Notes: generated from the letters alone by a model not told the origin. DNA of 64,000 nt from Haliotis cracherodii (GCF_022045235.1 NW_027266266.1:14570001-14634000); one strand, 5' to 3'. Numbered from the stretch's first letter, positions 38,161-51,889 are shown. Made by a program: numbers and translations.

Positions 38161-39260
38161 CTGACCACTCGATGCTCTTACGACGGCACAGGTAATCCCA
38201 GGTGTTACTGACTTTTGTTTTCTATACACAAATTACTTATCTTAGGTAGACTCGTTAACACAGGTAAAAACACAAATATAAGATATTTTTGGTTCTTTTT
38301 ATCTGGATATGAAACAAAAATTAAGTATTTAAATAATTAAATAGTAATTTTCCCATGACTTGAACATTAAACCACAGCTACTACAAGAAAGATCACAGAT
38401 TGAGCTGAAAGGATTGTAAGTCCTACAAATATACAAGTTGTGAAAAAATATTTACGATACATGGCTATTTACACTTGCATAATAAATTAAATTAGTACTT
38501 AATAATTCAATTAATAGATAAGTATTAGTTACGAAAATTTAAGTTTGAATGAAAAAAACACAAGAAAACAAACATGAATATGGAAATACATTTTATTCAA
38601 ATTGTGCAAAATACAAGGACATACGACAAACCGACGGCCAACTACAATTTGGATTGCAATCAGAAAAAAAAGAAAAAAGTTGTAGCCAAGAGTTGCCTCC
38701 CTTTTCAAATTGTAATCTGCAAGATATAAGCTTGAAAAACACATATATATGTCAAAAGTTACTTTGAATGTTTGTGTTTGAAGGATAATTATTATGTAAA
38801 CTACTACTGAGAAGAAATAAGTTACCAATACTTTTATTGCTAAAATGTACTTGTCAAACATTTACATCTTTATGAAAAACGGCTTACATGTGCTGAAAAG
38901 AAGTTCTATTACACAAAAGAAATACATTTAATTTACCTATGATGCATGGGATTAGGTAATTACATTACAATATATTACATTGAGTTGCAGACAGATGTGT
39001 GATTACGGAGTATATTCATGGAACTACAACCTGAAAGGAAAACGTATCACAGTATAACAAACTCTAAAATTTAAACAAGCAAAACGTAATAAATAAAAGT
39101 ATCACTAAAGTGGAAAATAGATTTATGTATATGAAAGAGGTAATAAATATATTTACAAATATAAGAAGTGGAAATAAATACTTTTACAATTATAGAAAGT
39201 GGTAATAAATATAGTTACATTATTTACAAATGTTTGTGGCAAAGGACTTCGTTGAAATAA

Positions 39261-41225
39261 TCAGCACCAATACTGGACCTTAGTGTGGTACTCTTGGAAA
39301 CAATTTTTCTTAGATGAACAGCAAAGTGGAACGTCACACTTACAACACTTCATAGACGTCTTTGACCCCTTGCTTGGGTTGTCTTTGTACGTCACTCCTG
39401 GATGGGTTGTCTGAAACACTTGATGTTTTTCAGCACAAACGCGACACACACTGTCACTACATACTGCTGCAACAGGCCAGAGGTTGTTGCAGTCCAAACG
39501 CTGTTCCTCGTTGTCACCATGTCGCTGTCGCTGTGAAGTGTTCCTGTTGGTGATGTTGCCGATGAGTTGATGGGCGAGGTCAAGTCTGAAGGATAGGAGA
39601 TCTCTCTTGCGGCTTCCCTGGGGGTTGTGGTCGATGATCGTACCTTCAAGAACAAATGCATTATAAATGGCAATCTCTCTTAGCTTGATCTCAACATGCG
39701 TGTACCACTTCATAGATTTTTTACTTTTGTTCACAGGCGTGTTCTGATCACGAAGATTCCGGGGTCCGCCGTCATATAGCTGTAATATTGCTGAGTGCGG
39801 CGTTAAACATACTTCCCATACTCTGCCATCGCTACTGTTCCTCCCGAGTTCCGACCCGTGAAGATCCGGGTTAGAATAGGTCTTCAGCAACCCATGATTG
39901 CCGTAAATGGCAACTATGCTTGTCGGAAAAGGCGACTAACGGGATCGGGAGGTCAGGCTCGCTGAATTGGTTGATGCAGGTCCGCTGAATTGGTTGATGC
40001 AGGTCATCGATCCCAATGGCGTGGATGGATGATCATGATATCAATCACTGGATTGTCTGGTCCAGACTCGATGATTTTACAGACGGACGTCATATAGCTG
40101 TAATATTGCTGAGTGCGGCGTAAAACAACAAACCAACTAACCAACCAACCATCCATCCTTCTTCCTCCTCCCACCTCCCTCCAGGGGGAATCCTGTAGAT
40201 GGAAAGTAAACCGGCCTGTTGGCCTTCCCCATTGTAGCGACGAAGTCTCCACGGGCAACCCAGTCGATGGATCCACGGTGGAGGCGAGTAGCATCTCGTC
40301 CTGTTGGTAGCTGTGCAGTCGGGTAGCCTTTCCTGTTGATCCGAACAGTGCCGCTCAGTACAGTGCCGCACAGGTACGTCCCCCTCATCAAAAGATAATC
40401 AGCAAGTGTAGGACTTGTATAGAAATTATCTGTAAAGATGATGTGACCTTTGCCAAGAATTTCCTCACAAAGGCTAACAACAACCTGTCCTGAAAGCCCA
40501 ACCTGTCAATTAACTTCTGTTCCATACTTCCCTGCATAAACTTCAAAGTTGGAGCTGTAGCCGGTGACAGCATCGGCCAGGACCCACACCTTCACACCAA
40601 ACTTTACCGGCTGTACTGTTTAACACTAAGCCTGCCATTGAAGGGAATCATTGCCTCGTCCACTGACACTTGCTGTTGGAGACTGTAGTGTTCCTGAAAA
40701 GAAGACCTGAGATGATCAAGCATGAAGCGTATCTTGTGCAGTTTGTCATTAGCATTAGGATTATCAGTACTGAAATGCAGGTACCTTTTTACCCGAGTGA
40801 ATCTATCTCTGGACATAATGTCAGGGACTGGAAATTTCAACAAAGTATATTTAATGCCAGAATGCCAATGCATTTTATCCCAGTCAAATTGACGATATCC
40901 ATGTACAGCAAAATGCCATATAAAGCCTTGATTTCAACAAGGGATACGTCATACCACTCACCTTTGTTGTTGTTGGGATCGTTCGTTCTCTTGTAGGCTG
41001 CATTGTCATTCGTTGCCCTGATAATCTTTTCAAACACAGAATCATTATAATTCAGTTGAAAAAAATCTATAGCACGACTATCTTCACTCACCGTGTCAAT
41101 ATTCTTGGGCCCTGTCTCCTCTGTCCCCATCTTTGCAGTCCCTCTGCCACTCCCATTCTTGAAAGTTCAGATTGTAGTACACCTCGTCAAAACCATTAAA
41201 ATCTTCGTCGTCGTCCGAATCCCCA
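39261..41225 (-). pseudogene. piggyBac transposase pseudogene (copy D)
   Basis: MSRDRF...LHFSTD, SVDEAMIPFNGRLSVKQY, CRVC...CCKCDVPLC...CFQEYH. Contains SINE-B insertions. Confidence 0.88.
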
Positions 41226-43080
41226 GAACGATCCCAATTGCGCGGATCGGTGCTCATGATATCAATCACTGGATTGTCTGGTCCAGACTCGATTATTTAC
41301 AGACCGCCGTCATATAGCTGGATTATTGCTAAGTGCGGCGTTAAACAACAAACTACTACTACTACTACAAAAATGGCGCTTTGCGAAACGAACAGTCTCG
41401 ATTGACGAGTGAAAATGAGAAATTTACAGTTTATAAGGAAACTTTTTCGAGAGTAAAACAAACGGCAGGAAGTGATATTAACTCCATAAACGACCATTTG
41501 TCCTTATTTTCCCTCGTCAATGTGGACCTAACGTGAAACAAACGTCAACAGTTTGTGTACGGGCTAGTCACTTACGACAGCGAGACATTTTAAGGGGAGG
41601 TAATTCTTGTATGACAATTGTTCCGTCAAAGTGTTATGTTCACTTGAGTGAAATATCATGTTATGTTAAATGCAATGAAGGGGAAAAAGAGAGAGAGTAC
41701 AAAAGTCCTTAGATGAGCTGTATAATTTACTCAAACGGTTTCACGAATGTGATTTTTCAAATATTCTATTTTGAACAGTATAAATTATAAAACAGAAGAT
41801 GATATTTGTTTTACAATAACACAACACACAACCCAATTCTTGTTTGCCGAGATTGAAAAGTTTTTAAATGAACATCCTACCGCCTAACTATCTTCATAAC
41901 CTTGTTTATAGTCAATAATGGACTACTCAGGACATTATCATGACAAAGCTACTGGTTAATTTGATCTGATTTGATTTCATTCTTATTTGGAAACTATTTC
42001 CTGAGCCTTAATAGGAAAAGACCAGCTATATGTACACATTGTGAGGTTTTCCCTATCGAATCTATCTCATGTTCTACTGGCCCTTCTCAGAATTTAACGC
42101 CGCTTTTTAACATTATTTCAGTTATATCGCGGCGTGTCAGCTTAATGTGGGAGGAGAGCCCGAAGTGATGCAGGTCTCAGACGTTTACCACTTCGGTGAA
42201 ACCCACGAGCACGGGTATGGTGCTGACAAACCTAGAAACATAATCGGGGCGAACCGGGATTCGAACCCACAATCATAGGTTTCTGGCTTGTCCAAGGGCC
42301 GCAACTCTGCACAGCGAATCGCGGCGCCTTAGACGATTGCGCAACCAGTGCCACCGACCCTTCTCAGAGAATTTCTGGACATAAACCCCGTGGTTGTCAA
42401 ACGATTCGACCATAATGTTGCGGACACCAAGAATGGGCTTTAACACCTTGTATAAATGTGACGAATCGCACCCGGACCTTCAACGTGACACCCGAACGAA
42501 TATACTACTAGGCTCTACGATTCCATAACGAAATATCAGACTAACATCTACTCCTGCTCATGGCCTACCAAGCGGCGACTTTAGTCAATAGTGATCGGAC
42601 TTATACAACGTGTTACCTGACTGATTGTGTGCCATCGTGTCCCAAAAGCTCGGGTCATTGAGCATTGTTTATTTTAGCAACCACTGGTTTGCTTGAGCCA
42701 GTCTCAGGTATTTACATGCCTCTGTGATGTATTTGGAATATTGCTGACTCTGACAGAATGATTCTAGTTTTCACTCAGTATCTCCTTAATCTTCCGTACA
42801 CGGACTTTGTCGGCTATATTTTCATAGAAATCTGTCGGAATTTCAGTAAATATAGGGCTGACGCGAAGTGAGGACAATCAATGATAGGACTGACACTGCA
42901 CCAATGAAATAAATCAAGCTCTCACGGAACTGTTTCACAACTATGCACTGGGAATTATGCAAAACTAATTCTATCTTAACCGGACTCTGTATATGATAAT
43001 AAACCAACTGTGTATTGTTCGTTTATAAATGAGTGTTTGATATGTATCGCGAAGATTTTGAATGGCATTTAGAAGTGACA

Positions 43081-43312
43081 CGCATGATATTGAAATTTAA
43101 TATTTATTTTCAAATCTTTGCAATGCATAAGGAAGAGAATTTATGGATGTCAACTGTTTTACTAAGAGGAACACAACGTTTGGGAATATGTTCTGACTTC
43201 TTCATCACCTCAAACGTTGTGTTCCTCATAATAAAATAGTTGACATCCATAAATTCTCTTTCTTATGCATTGCGAAGATTTGAAAATAAACATTACATTT
43301 CAATATCATGCG
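43081..43312. repeat. Long palindrome / MITE-like hairpin (~100-bp arms, ~25-nt loop)
   Basis: 43081-43182 is the imperfect reverse complement of ~43210-43312. Confidence 0.85.
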
Positions 43313-44265
43313 CACCTTGAAACTGGAAGCAAACTCTCTTCACGTGATGTATATACACAAATATCCTAATTGAATTATTGCAGATAATTACAGGAAAAGG
43401 ATTAAGTCAAACGTTTCTCCTCTGTGTTATATACATAAATGTAAATACATATCTACAGCTGAACCCTGTATATGATTTTGAAGGACAGAAAATAGCAACT
43501 TTTTCAACCTGTTTTGTGGTTTGAAGGGTATAAAACGATCGCCATTTTGCTGCTACACCAATGGTATCCATACATTGCTAATTGATTACGTATGCAATTA
43601 TGATAACGATATTGAAATTATACAAACACCATAGCAGGAAAAATGTTAATTACAAGTAAAGATTAAATTTCAAATTTAATTTCAAATATAAACTCCTTAG
43701 TACTACGCTTATATTCTTGGATACTTGGATACCTGGATATCGACACCTGTTACCTGTGACATTCGACAATGTAAGTATATTTCGTTTCCAGTAAAGTATC
43801 TTCACAATGTAGATATTTTCACCTACCTGCCTCCAGTCCAACTTACTCTACAAAGTTTGAATTTAATAATTTTCATGTTATCTTTTTTATACATTTATTG
43901 TGTTTACGTTTGCTAGATTTAAAGACACGTTCAGTAAGGAGATTCAAAAGTTTAAATGGTGTGGCCTGGTTGTTTGTATCACAACTTGACCATTCACCTT
44001 GACCACAAGGGGCGATGGCCTATTGGTTAAAGCGTTCGCTCGGCTCGTCACACAAACCCCCGGGGTTCGATTCCCCACTTGGGTACAATGCGTGGAGCCT
44101 ATTTTTGGTGTCTCAATGATATTCCTGGAATATTACTAAAAGTAGCGTAAAGCCCTGCACACATACTCACTATATGATGACGAAAACACGTTTATTTTTT
44201 TACAACATACCAAGAATACCCTTTCCATGACCCATTGTAAGACACACACGATTTTGCATAAGCGT

Positions 44266-44551
44266 GTGGGGGCCACGGGTGGCCCAGTCGTCTAAGGCGC
44301 CGCGATTCGATGTGCAGAGTTGCGTCCCTTGGGCACGCCAGAAACCTATGATTGTGGGTTCGAATCCCGGTTCGCCCCGATTATGTTTCCAGGTTTGTCA
44401 GCACCATACCCGTGCTCGTGGGTTTCACCTAAGTGGTAAACGTCTATGACCTGCATCACTTCGGGCTTTCCTCCCACGTTAAGCTGACACGCCGCGATAT
44501 AACTCGAATACTGTTAAAAGCGGCGTTAAACCCAACTCACCCATCCACCCA
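44266..44551 (+). mobile_element. SINE-C, tRNA(Leu-like)-derived, ~285 bp
   Basis: GTGGCCCAGTCGTCTAAGGCG A box, GTGGGTTCGAATCCC B box, V-domain-like TTTCCTCCCAC, shared 3' tail, TSD CATAAG(C/T)GTGT. Other copies at ~42090-42352(-), 52787-53061(+), 58143-58411(-). Confidence 0.85.
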
Positions 44552-44929
44552 TAAGTGTGTGTATCATGCATAGCATGATCGTGTTTACTGTGTTTTCAAT
44601 GTCAAGTGCAATACTCGCCCTGACACTCATTGTTACAAGGTGATTTGATATCATATTTGTTGTCATGCACAAGGAAATAGAAACCTGCTTTTATTTGATG
44701 CATGTTAAATAGCAAGTGCAATGGAGTAATATTCAGACTTATTCAATGTGAGACCATAGTTTTGCACAAAGTCGATTTAAAAATGTCTTAGAAACTCGTG
44801 TAAACCACCTTTATGATGTGTGTAAAAGTAGTAGGTTCAGGTACACAAAATACCACCCATGGCGATGCAGAGTAAATAATTGAAAATTGGAGCGAGTTAT
44901 TTCCCCTAGACCTTAATATGATCAGTCTA

Positions 44930-45190
44930 GTATAGTCTACGCCTGCGCAAAGTCGGATGACAACACATTCTCAGATCGATCAGGCGAGACCGCTTCTGTA
45001 GTGTACAGGATGGAACATCTACCCATAACAAAAGACGTTGAGAGATGGTACTTCTTGTTACCCTACCTGGTACCCTACCTGAGATTCGACATTTGGGAGG
45101 TTAAAATGAGTTGACATACTGTGTGTGAATAGGGTATCCATGTTAAACTGCGGCATGGTATCTCACGGGGCTAGCACTAAAAAACCGGCG
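44930..45190 (+). mobile_element. Old SINE fragment (Meta-domain-like)
   Basis: AAAGACGTTGAGAGATGGTACTTCTTGTTACCCTACCTGG resembles, from memory, a conserved SINE central domain. Confidence 0.35.
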
Positions 45191-45239
45191 TTGGTTATAA
45201 ATGTATCATTACATTAAGTGTCCCTTGTGTTGGTCTTAC

Positions 45240-45435
45240 CTAAACTCTTTTGAAGTTTAATCGAGCATGCTCTTTCTACGACGATTTCAATGAGCGTCAT
45301 ACGACACTGGGTTAAAAGTTGTTTGATCAATGTTACAACATACAATGGCTCAGCTTTCAAAACATGTTATGGTTAACATGATTCAATTTCCAAATTTGAC
45401 ACATCAATGAGAATATGGTGTCCGATGCAATTACT
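45240..45435 (+). pseudogene. Penelope-like element RT C-terminal remnant
   Basis: RACSFYDDFNERH...KLFDQCY, homologous to 53270-53480. Confidence 0.6.
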
Positions 45436-48239
45436 TTTTTGGACTTTACTGTACTTGCCTTTGCGTGTATTTGTGTCGGGTAAAACCGGTGGGCAGGATA
45501 TGCTCATTTTTTCGCGAACACCTGGTATCATCACTGTTTGACTCTGACTCATAAAAACATGTTCATGGTACAGAGGCAGGGAAATCCCTTTGTTCTCACG
45601 GTTTCATACACAATCTACTTACGGACTCTGCATTTAGAAGGCCGCGAATAGCTGTAAAATTGCTGATGCGGCGTTAAGCAATATTCACTCACTCACTCAC
45701 TCACTCACTGCATTTAGAAGCGACGTGTTAGGATGATGGAATTGTTTTCTTGTTTCTATTTGATCAAATGCGTTCGGTTCAGTGTATATAAAGACCAACT
45801 TCGTGTTTAGAACTGAATAATTAAGAAAATACTTTAGTTTGTTGAGCATTTGGTAATTTGTACTCGTCGTCGTCATGGTCGTAATGATGACGGATTGGAT
45901 CCCATAACACGGTTGTCAACAAATGTATCGATTCCCCGTGTACCTAATCTAAATACATGTATGTACTTGCAAAATGCAGTCTCCCATTGATATATGTCAT
46001 CAAATATTGAGACTAGGGACATAGGAAAACATGCATAGAGATGAACCATGTATTTTGTGACATACTTCTTTTTGTCTATACATCTGTTATGGTGTAGAGA
46101 TACAGTTCACGGTTTAAAAACAAAAGCGTGTCAACCTGTCTTAACAAAGAACATTTTTATGTAACAATTGCTTAATTCTTGATTGTTTTATTACATGAAT
46201 AAATTACACTTTTTGTGGTCTTCTTTTGTTCCCACAACATAATCTCAATGTGGATCTCGAATGGAGTCTTTGATAGCCATAAAAGAAGTTGTTATCCATA
46301 AAAAAGGTCATGTATTCACTTCTAAGTGTCAATCAAAGACGGTGTATTAATACAATATCAAACCCATATTCTTATTAATGCGCGGCAAATATGAAACAAG
46401 GTTGAGTGAAGTCAATTCATTTTATATGCTGTCTCAACAAAGAGACATAAAGGATAAAAATCTATAACATACAAATAACATATCCTCGTTAGGTTACAAT
46501 AAAAAATAAAAACTGAGTAAAAGAATGAACTTATATTTGTTTCCATTCCCGACATGGGTACAATGTGTGAAACCCATTTCTGGTATCCCCCGCCGTGATG
46601 TTGCTGTAATATTGCTAAAAGCGGCGTAAAACCCTACTCACTCACTCACTTATATTTGTATGTAATGTTACATCAGCAAACTGTATACTTACACATGCTA
46701 GTTGACATTGTATTAACATCACAAGTTCATGGATGATGGTATTCGAATATAAGCATAGTGATGGAGGATTGGTTTGGTTTTAATCGCTTTTAGCAATATT
46801 CCAGCAATATCAGAAGAAATGGGCTTCACACATTGTTCCCATGTAGGGAATCAAATCAGGATCTTCGGCGTGACGAGCTAAGGCTGTAACCACTAGGCTA
46901 CCCAACCGCCCACATAAGCATAGAAGAAACTGTAGATATGCGTTGACAATTACTATTTTAAATATAAAGAATACAGAAGGATGTACATATATTGGAATTA
47001 AATAAAATGACAATGAAATTCAGCTATGAAACAACTTGCAGTTGGTCTGACAATACATATCACTGCAAGGAACAATTATTTCTATTTCACAGTAGAGGGG
47101 GAAAAGCATCAACACTAGCTCAACAAAGCCTGTTACGGCAAAACTGAATTACAAATTCAGGGATTAATATGAATAAACATTATTCATAACAATAATAAAC
47201 TCACCCCATGTGACTCGCTCAATATTCAGGACTATTGGCACGATGTGACATCTGTCACCACTGGAGTTCAGTAAGCTGACATTAATTATTACGCCAATAC
47301 AAACACAATGAAAATCGACGTTCCGTTTATCACAATGAAATGTAAATGTTTTGTATTGCAAGGCTCGGCTAAGCCTGAATACGTTTACATTTCCTCTTCA
47401 TGGCTACCGCCCACGATACGTTGGCAAAGGGAAGTAACTCGTATGGGCAAGCACACCGGAGCGAAATACAGGCCAGCGCTCGTTATGCGAATGATAAATA
47501 CTGACAGTGAAGTAAAAAAGTGATACAGTACTGTATCTTTACTTGAGATATGCGTATCTTGAACCAACAGTTCTACTTAACAATGAAATCCTAATGAGAT
47601 GCAAATTCATGGTTTGTCGTATTTCACTAGTACTTTCACTTTGCCGCTACTGACCAATGTCCTTTGGTCGGCTATTCACTATACGCATTGCGAATACATA
47701 GAGGCTATTTTAATCCCTACACAGGTAAGACTTCCACACGTAATTATTCTGCTGAAAAGAAAATACCCGTGAGCGAATGCTTCTGCGACCCGCTTGGACA
47801 CGGTGAGCTCATTGTGTCGTATATCGTGACGTATGTCGCAAAAATAGTTTACAGTTAAAACATTTTACAAAAAGAGGAAAAGGGCTTAAATGAATAAAAA
47901 CGCTCGATTTTACGGGTACAATTTTCAAAAAAATATGAGCCAGTCTCTGACCAAAGGTAATGCAATCTCCAGCTTGCCAACAAAATAAAGGAAATAGGTC
48001 TACCGGAGGTATTGCAAGATGTATTCGGTATCACTAAAAGCTTGGAATTTCTATTTTGTGAAAACAAATGTTGCCATACGTTTTGGCAAAATAAACTTGC
48101 CGAAAGAGCATAACTACTACATATGACTGTAGATTAAATTATTTCAAGATATCATGAAGACATTTTTCCCGAAACAAAAACAAAACATTGACATGGAGAA
48201 CAAAGGCCTTGGCTTTAATAACAAAAAATAACATTTACC

Positions 48240-48963
48240 ATGTAAATATAGAATACTAAACGAGCTCCCGTGTAATACCAATTTTATGAAACGAGTGAAT
48301 AGTTCTGGTATCTGACAACCCGGAAGCGAGTCAGATACCACAACTATTCACGAGTTTCATAAAATTGGTTTTACACGAGAGCGAGTTTAGTATTTTATTT
48401 ATTACTTGTCATTTATAATGTTTTTAGAATTATACTGTTGAGTGTAAATAGGCTGACACCTACACGATCCATGGCATAATCCAATTGAGTTTAACAGAAT
48501 AATACTTCAAACACGTCAAAAGTTGAAACGTATGAATTTAATATCATACAATGGTCCACCTTTAGAATTCAGGCGTTCGTCCCACAAAATTATCGTAGTG
48601 CTAAGGCTATCACAACTCACATAATTTAACTGAGACTAACGACTGTCGTTGCACTAGAGTACGATCGCCTTGTGGAACGGGCCTTGCACCTCAAAGTTTA
48701 CAATCACGTCACAATACCCGATGACGTAATTTCTGGAATTTTGTTGCAAGATCCATCGGCGAAACAATGCCATGTGACGTTAGCCTAGCAACAAGGTTGC
48801 TGGGGTCATCGAGTGTGCATAAGCTCCTCCCAGTGATCTATCATCTCAACACACAATGTCGTTGAATAAGCCAAGGGATGTTGAGAGCTTTCAATATTTG
48901 TTCGTGAAACGTGTTCCGAGAGTACATAAGCACGCGTTTTGGTATTACACAATGTGTAATAAA
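48240..48963. mobile_element. Non-autonomous element with long subterminal hairpin (possibly Crypton-type)
   Basis: ~73-bp-arm hairpin at 48244-48403. Distal palindrome TATTACACA-A-TGTGTAATA (~48943-48961) carries GGTATTACAC, the reverse complement of GTGTAATACC in the hairpin. Confidence 0.5.
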
Positions 48964-49399
48964 GCTGTATGTTTATTAAACGGGTGATCTCTTCACGGGC
49001 AAGTAATAAATGAGCTTCTTAAAGCAAGTGGGACAGATGTGACTGAAACTGCTGCCGGCCAACCCGAAGGTGCCCGGACGGTGCAGCCAGCATGGTACCC
49101 CATGCGGAATCAAATCATGTGACTCTCCAGGGTACTCAGGCAGGGAGCAAACCATCATTAAAACTAAACTAGGCCCAGTGGGTAAAGCCACAAAGAACCC
49201 AAAACCAATTCTTACCACCCCCAGCCCACAAGTATTCTGCCACGGGACGTGTCTATACACATACCCTCCAGTACTTGTGCCAGTGATACTATGCAACTGA
49301 CAAAACAAAGACATGAATGAGGCTGTAAAAAACACACATAAAGTCTTTTTTGATAGTAACCAAATGCAAAATTCTTACTTTACTTAACAATGTTTACCG

Positions 49400-51200
49400 C
49401 TTTATACTAAGCTGGACAATATCATTGACAATTTCCATGTTAATAAACGTGTTTAACATTTCCTGCTGCCAGCTTTCTAAGCTTTGAAATCCCTACTCTG
49501 TGCCTCGAGATCCATGACGAAATTCTCTTCAGCCTCCCGAAACGTGTTGAGAAACAATACGTTTCCTACATCAGAAAGATGAACAAATCATACTGTACTT
49601 ACCAGTTTCTGACATGGTAACCTAATGGTAGATACACCTGCCTGAATGACAGCTTATACTCAAGCTCTATTAAGTCTCCTTTGTGACTTTTCTTCTCTTT
49701 TGGGACTGAGAGCTCCATGCTTATAAAGCCTGGGTAGATCCGGGGTAGAATAAGTCTTCAGCAACGAATGCTTGCTGTAAAAGGCGACTATGGCTATGCT
49801 TGTTGAAAGACGCGACTAACGGGATCGGGTGGTAAGGCTCGCTGACTTGGTTGATGCATGTCATCGATCCCAATTGCTTGGATCGATGTTCATGATGTTA
49901 ATCACTGGATTGTCTCGTCTAGACTCGATTATTTACAGACCGCCGTCATATAGGTTATTAGGACACTTTGAGGTGGTATTCGCTGTAGTTGATTTATAAC
50001 TCCATCAAGGTCGTTCCATCTCGCCCCTCTCTTACCAAACCAGTGAATTCGTAACCCCAAGTGCATTAGACCAAGCTGGTTTAAACTTCAGTGCCCAAAA
50101 TATAAAGGAAGAACCTATAAATCTGTAGTACATCTGGAACATAAACTGTGCAAACGCTGACTAAAAGAACATTTGCACAGACAAATATATAGTCATATAC
50201 CTGTTTATTAAGTATATATGTTATGTAGCTCATTACATAAACAAGGCACTGGTTATTTGGGGTCTAATGTAAGAAGTGTAACAGTTCGACATCAATCTCC
50301 CCAAATGCTGTATTGTGTCAACCTGAATACTCATATCCGCAGGACCAATCCGAAAGGAGTGGGATTTATAGAATGTTGGCCCCATACTTAAAAACTTGAT
50401 AGATAACTTGTTAGTGACACCCTAGAAACTCATTTTTATGTCGGCATTTGCCAGCAGAGCTCCTTGACCAAGTTGATGCACCATTTTATAGCCTGATCAA
50501 TTTTTTGCATATTCCACTGAGCACAGATCATGATCAATAAAACATTAACACTGTAACCTTCTGGATGTGATCAATGAAGAATTAATCTGTATTCACCTGG
50601 AACTGGTGTGGGCACTAATCCTAAAGATGAACTGAATGGACCTCCATTTCGGCCTAAACTTACTTCCTTTGATATTTTTGCTTTTACTATATCATCATTT
50701 TCTTTCACAGATCTGAGATTGTTTGCCATCCTTTGGTGTCTTGGTCTATAGTTACCTGACTTAAAGCCTTACTTAAAAACATTAATGAGAAACTGTGCCA
50801 CCCCGTGATCCGAATGGATCTTTGTCATTTACTCTGACACTTGGACTTTGTGTTTGTGGCAAAATTGGTCGGGCTGCTGAACTTAGTGAAGAACATCAGT
50901 GTGCTAAACGTTTGTTTCCACAGTTGGATAACTGTCTTTGGTTGAACCGGTTGCATGTGGATGCAGGACGTGGGAACTAACCGGCAAATGAGCTTGCATA
51001 CTTTGGTTGATCATCATTTTTGTACCTAAACGTACTTGTGCATGACTTGATGTTTGGGGTTTGCACATATGACATCAACAATTCACGATTGTCTTTCCCC
51101 ATGGGTGTGTTGGATTGAGTGACTGACGCAATCTTAATTGTTCATACATACTCAACCCTGATGGTGTTCATATAGGTGTTCACATATTGTTACATGTCGA
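49400..51200 (-). pseudogene. DIRS/Ngaro retrotransposon remnant (RT N-half and SGNH-hydrolase-like tail)
   Basis: NNLRSVKENDDIVKAKISKEVSLGR.GGPF, SSLGLVP...GEYRLILH*SHPEG.SVN and LGQGALLANADIK at ~50770-50430. VHLSDVGNVLFLNTF at ~49585-49540. Confidence 0.8.
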
Positions 51201-51889
51201 TTCTCAAATTGAAACAATAAGTTAACCCAGAAATCTGTACGTAAAAGAATTTAGTGTGAAACCAACAAACAAACAACAAATGGTACACAATCAATAAATG
51301 TATTACAAAATTCACTTGGTTTATAAATCCATACAAAATACTGGACAGCAATAACAATGATAGTACAAAATAGAGTAGTACAATATATTTACTGACAGTA
51401 TATAATGTGATGACAGTGGTCAGTATCAAATATAAAAATACATTGGTGATAGCAAACATCAGTGATAACCAGCTGTGACAGTGGTCGAGCTTCCAAGATT
51501 GGCCCAGGCTAGGAATCCATAGTGAAAAGTTACTTCACACGAAATCTGGTCTTGATAATGTCAGATAAAATTGTGACATGAGATAGTCCCGCCTTCGTTC
51601 TCTTCTATAGCCCAAACACCTTCCAGAATATGTTTAATGCTCCTCAACAGTCCACACTGTTCCGGACGTTTACACATCACACCATCATATAAATATAGTA
51701 ACTTCCCTACCACTGCTTACATTAAATAGTACTACATTCCTGGCACCTAACCACTATCTAAATGTCATGCAATAAGCTTCTTTCGAATCTAAACAGGAAT
51801 AATGTAATACAGTTATAATCTTAGTTTAACAATTAAATACTAGTACACTACTACATGCCACTATTTCAATATCCCCTTGAGGGCTGGCT

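Larger units (their letters stand above)
27370..41225 (+). repeat. Direct segmental duplication ~27370-31510 / ~36949-41225; third partial copy ~23450-26080
   Basis: Collinear Harbinger-2 + AT-rich spacer + piggyBac module with shared junctions. GACGGCACAGGT.ATCCCAGGTGTTAC occurs at ~23450, ~28585 and ~38182. Confidence 0.85.

Noticed and set aside
47590-47730. Possible host promoter or first exon (ATGCAAAT, CCAAT, CAG|GTAAG)
   Set aside because: Short motifs expected by chance, and no downstream exons could be linked.
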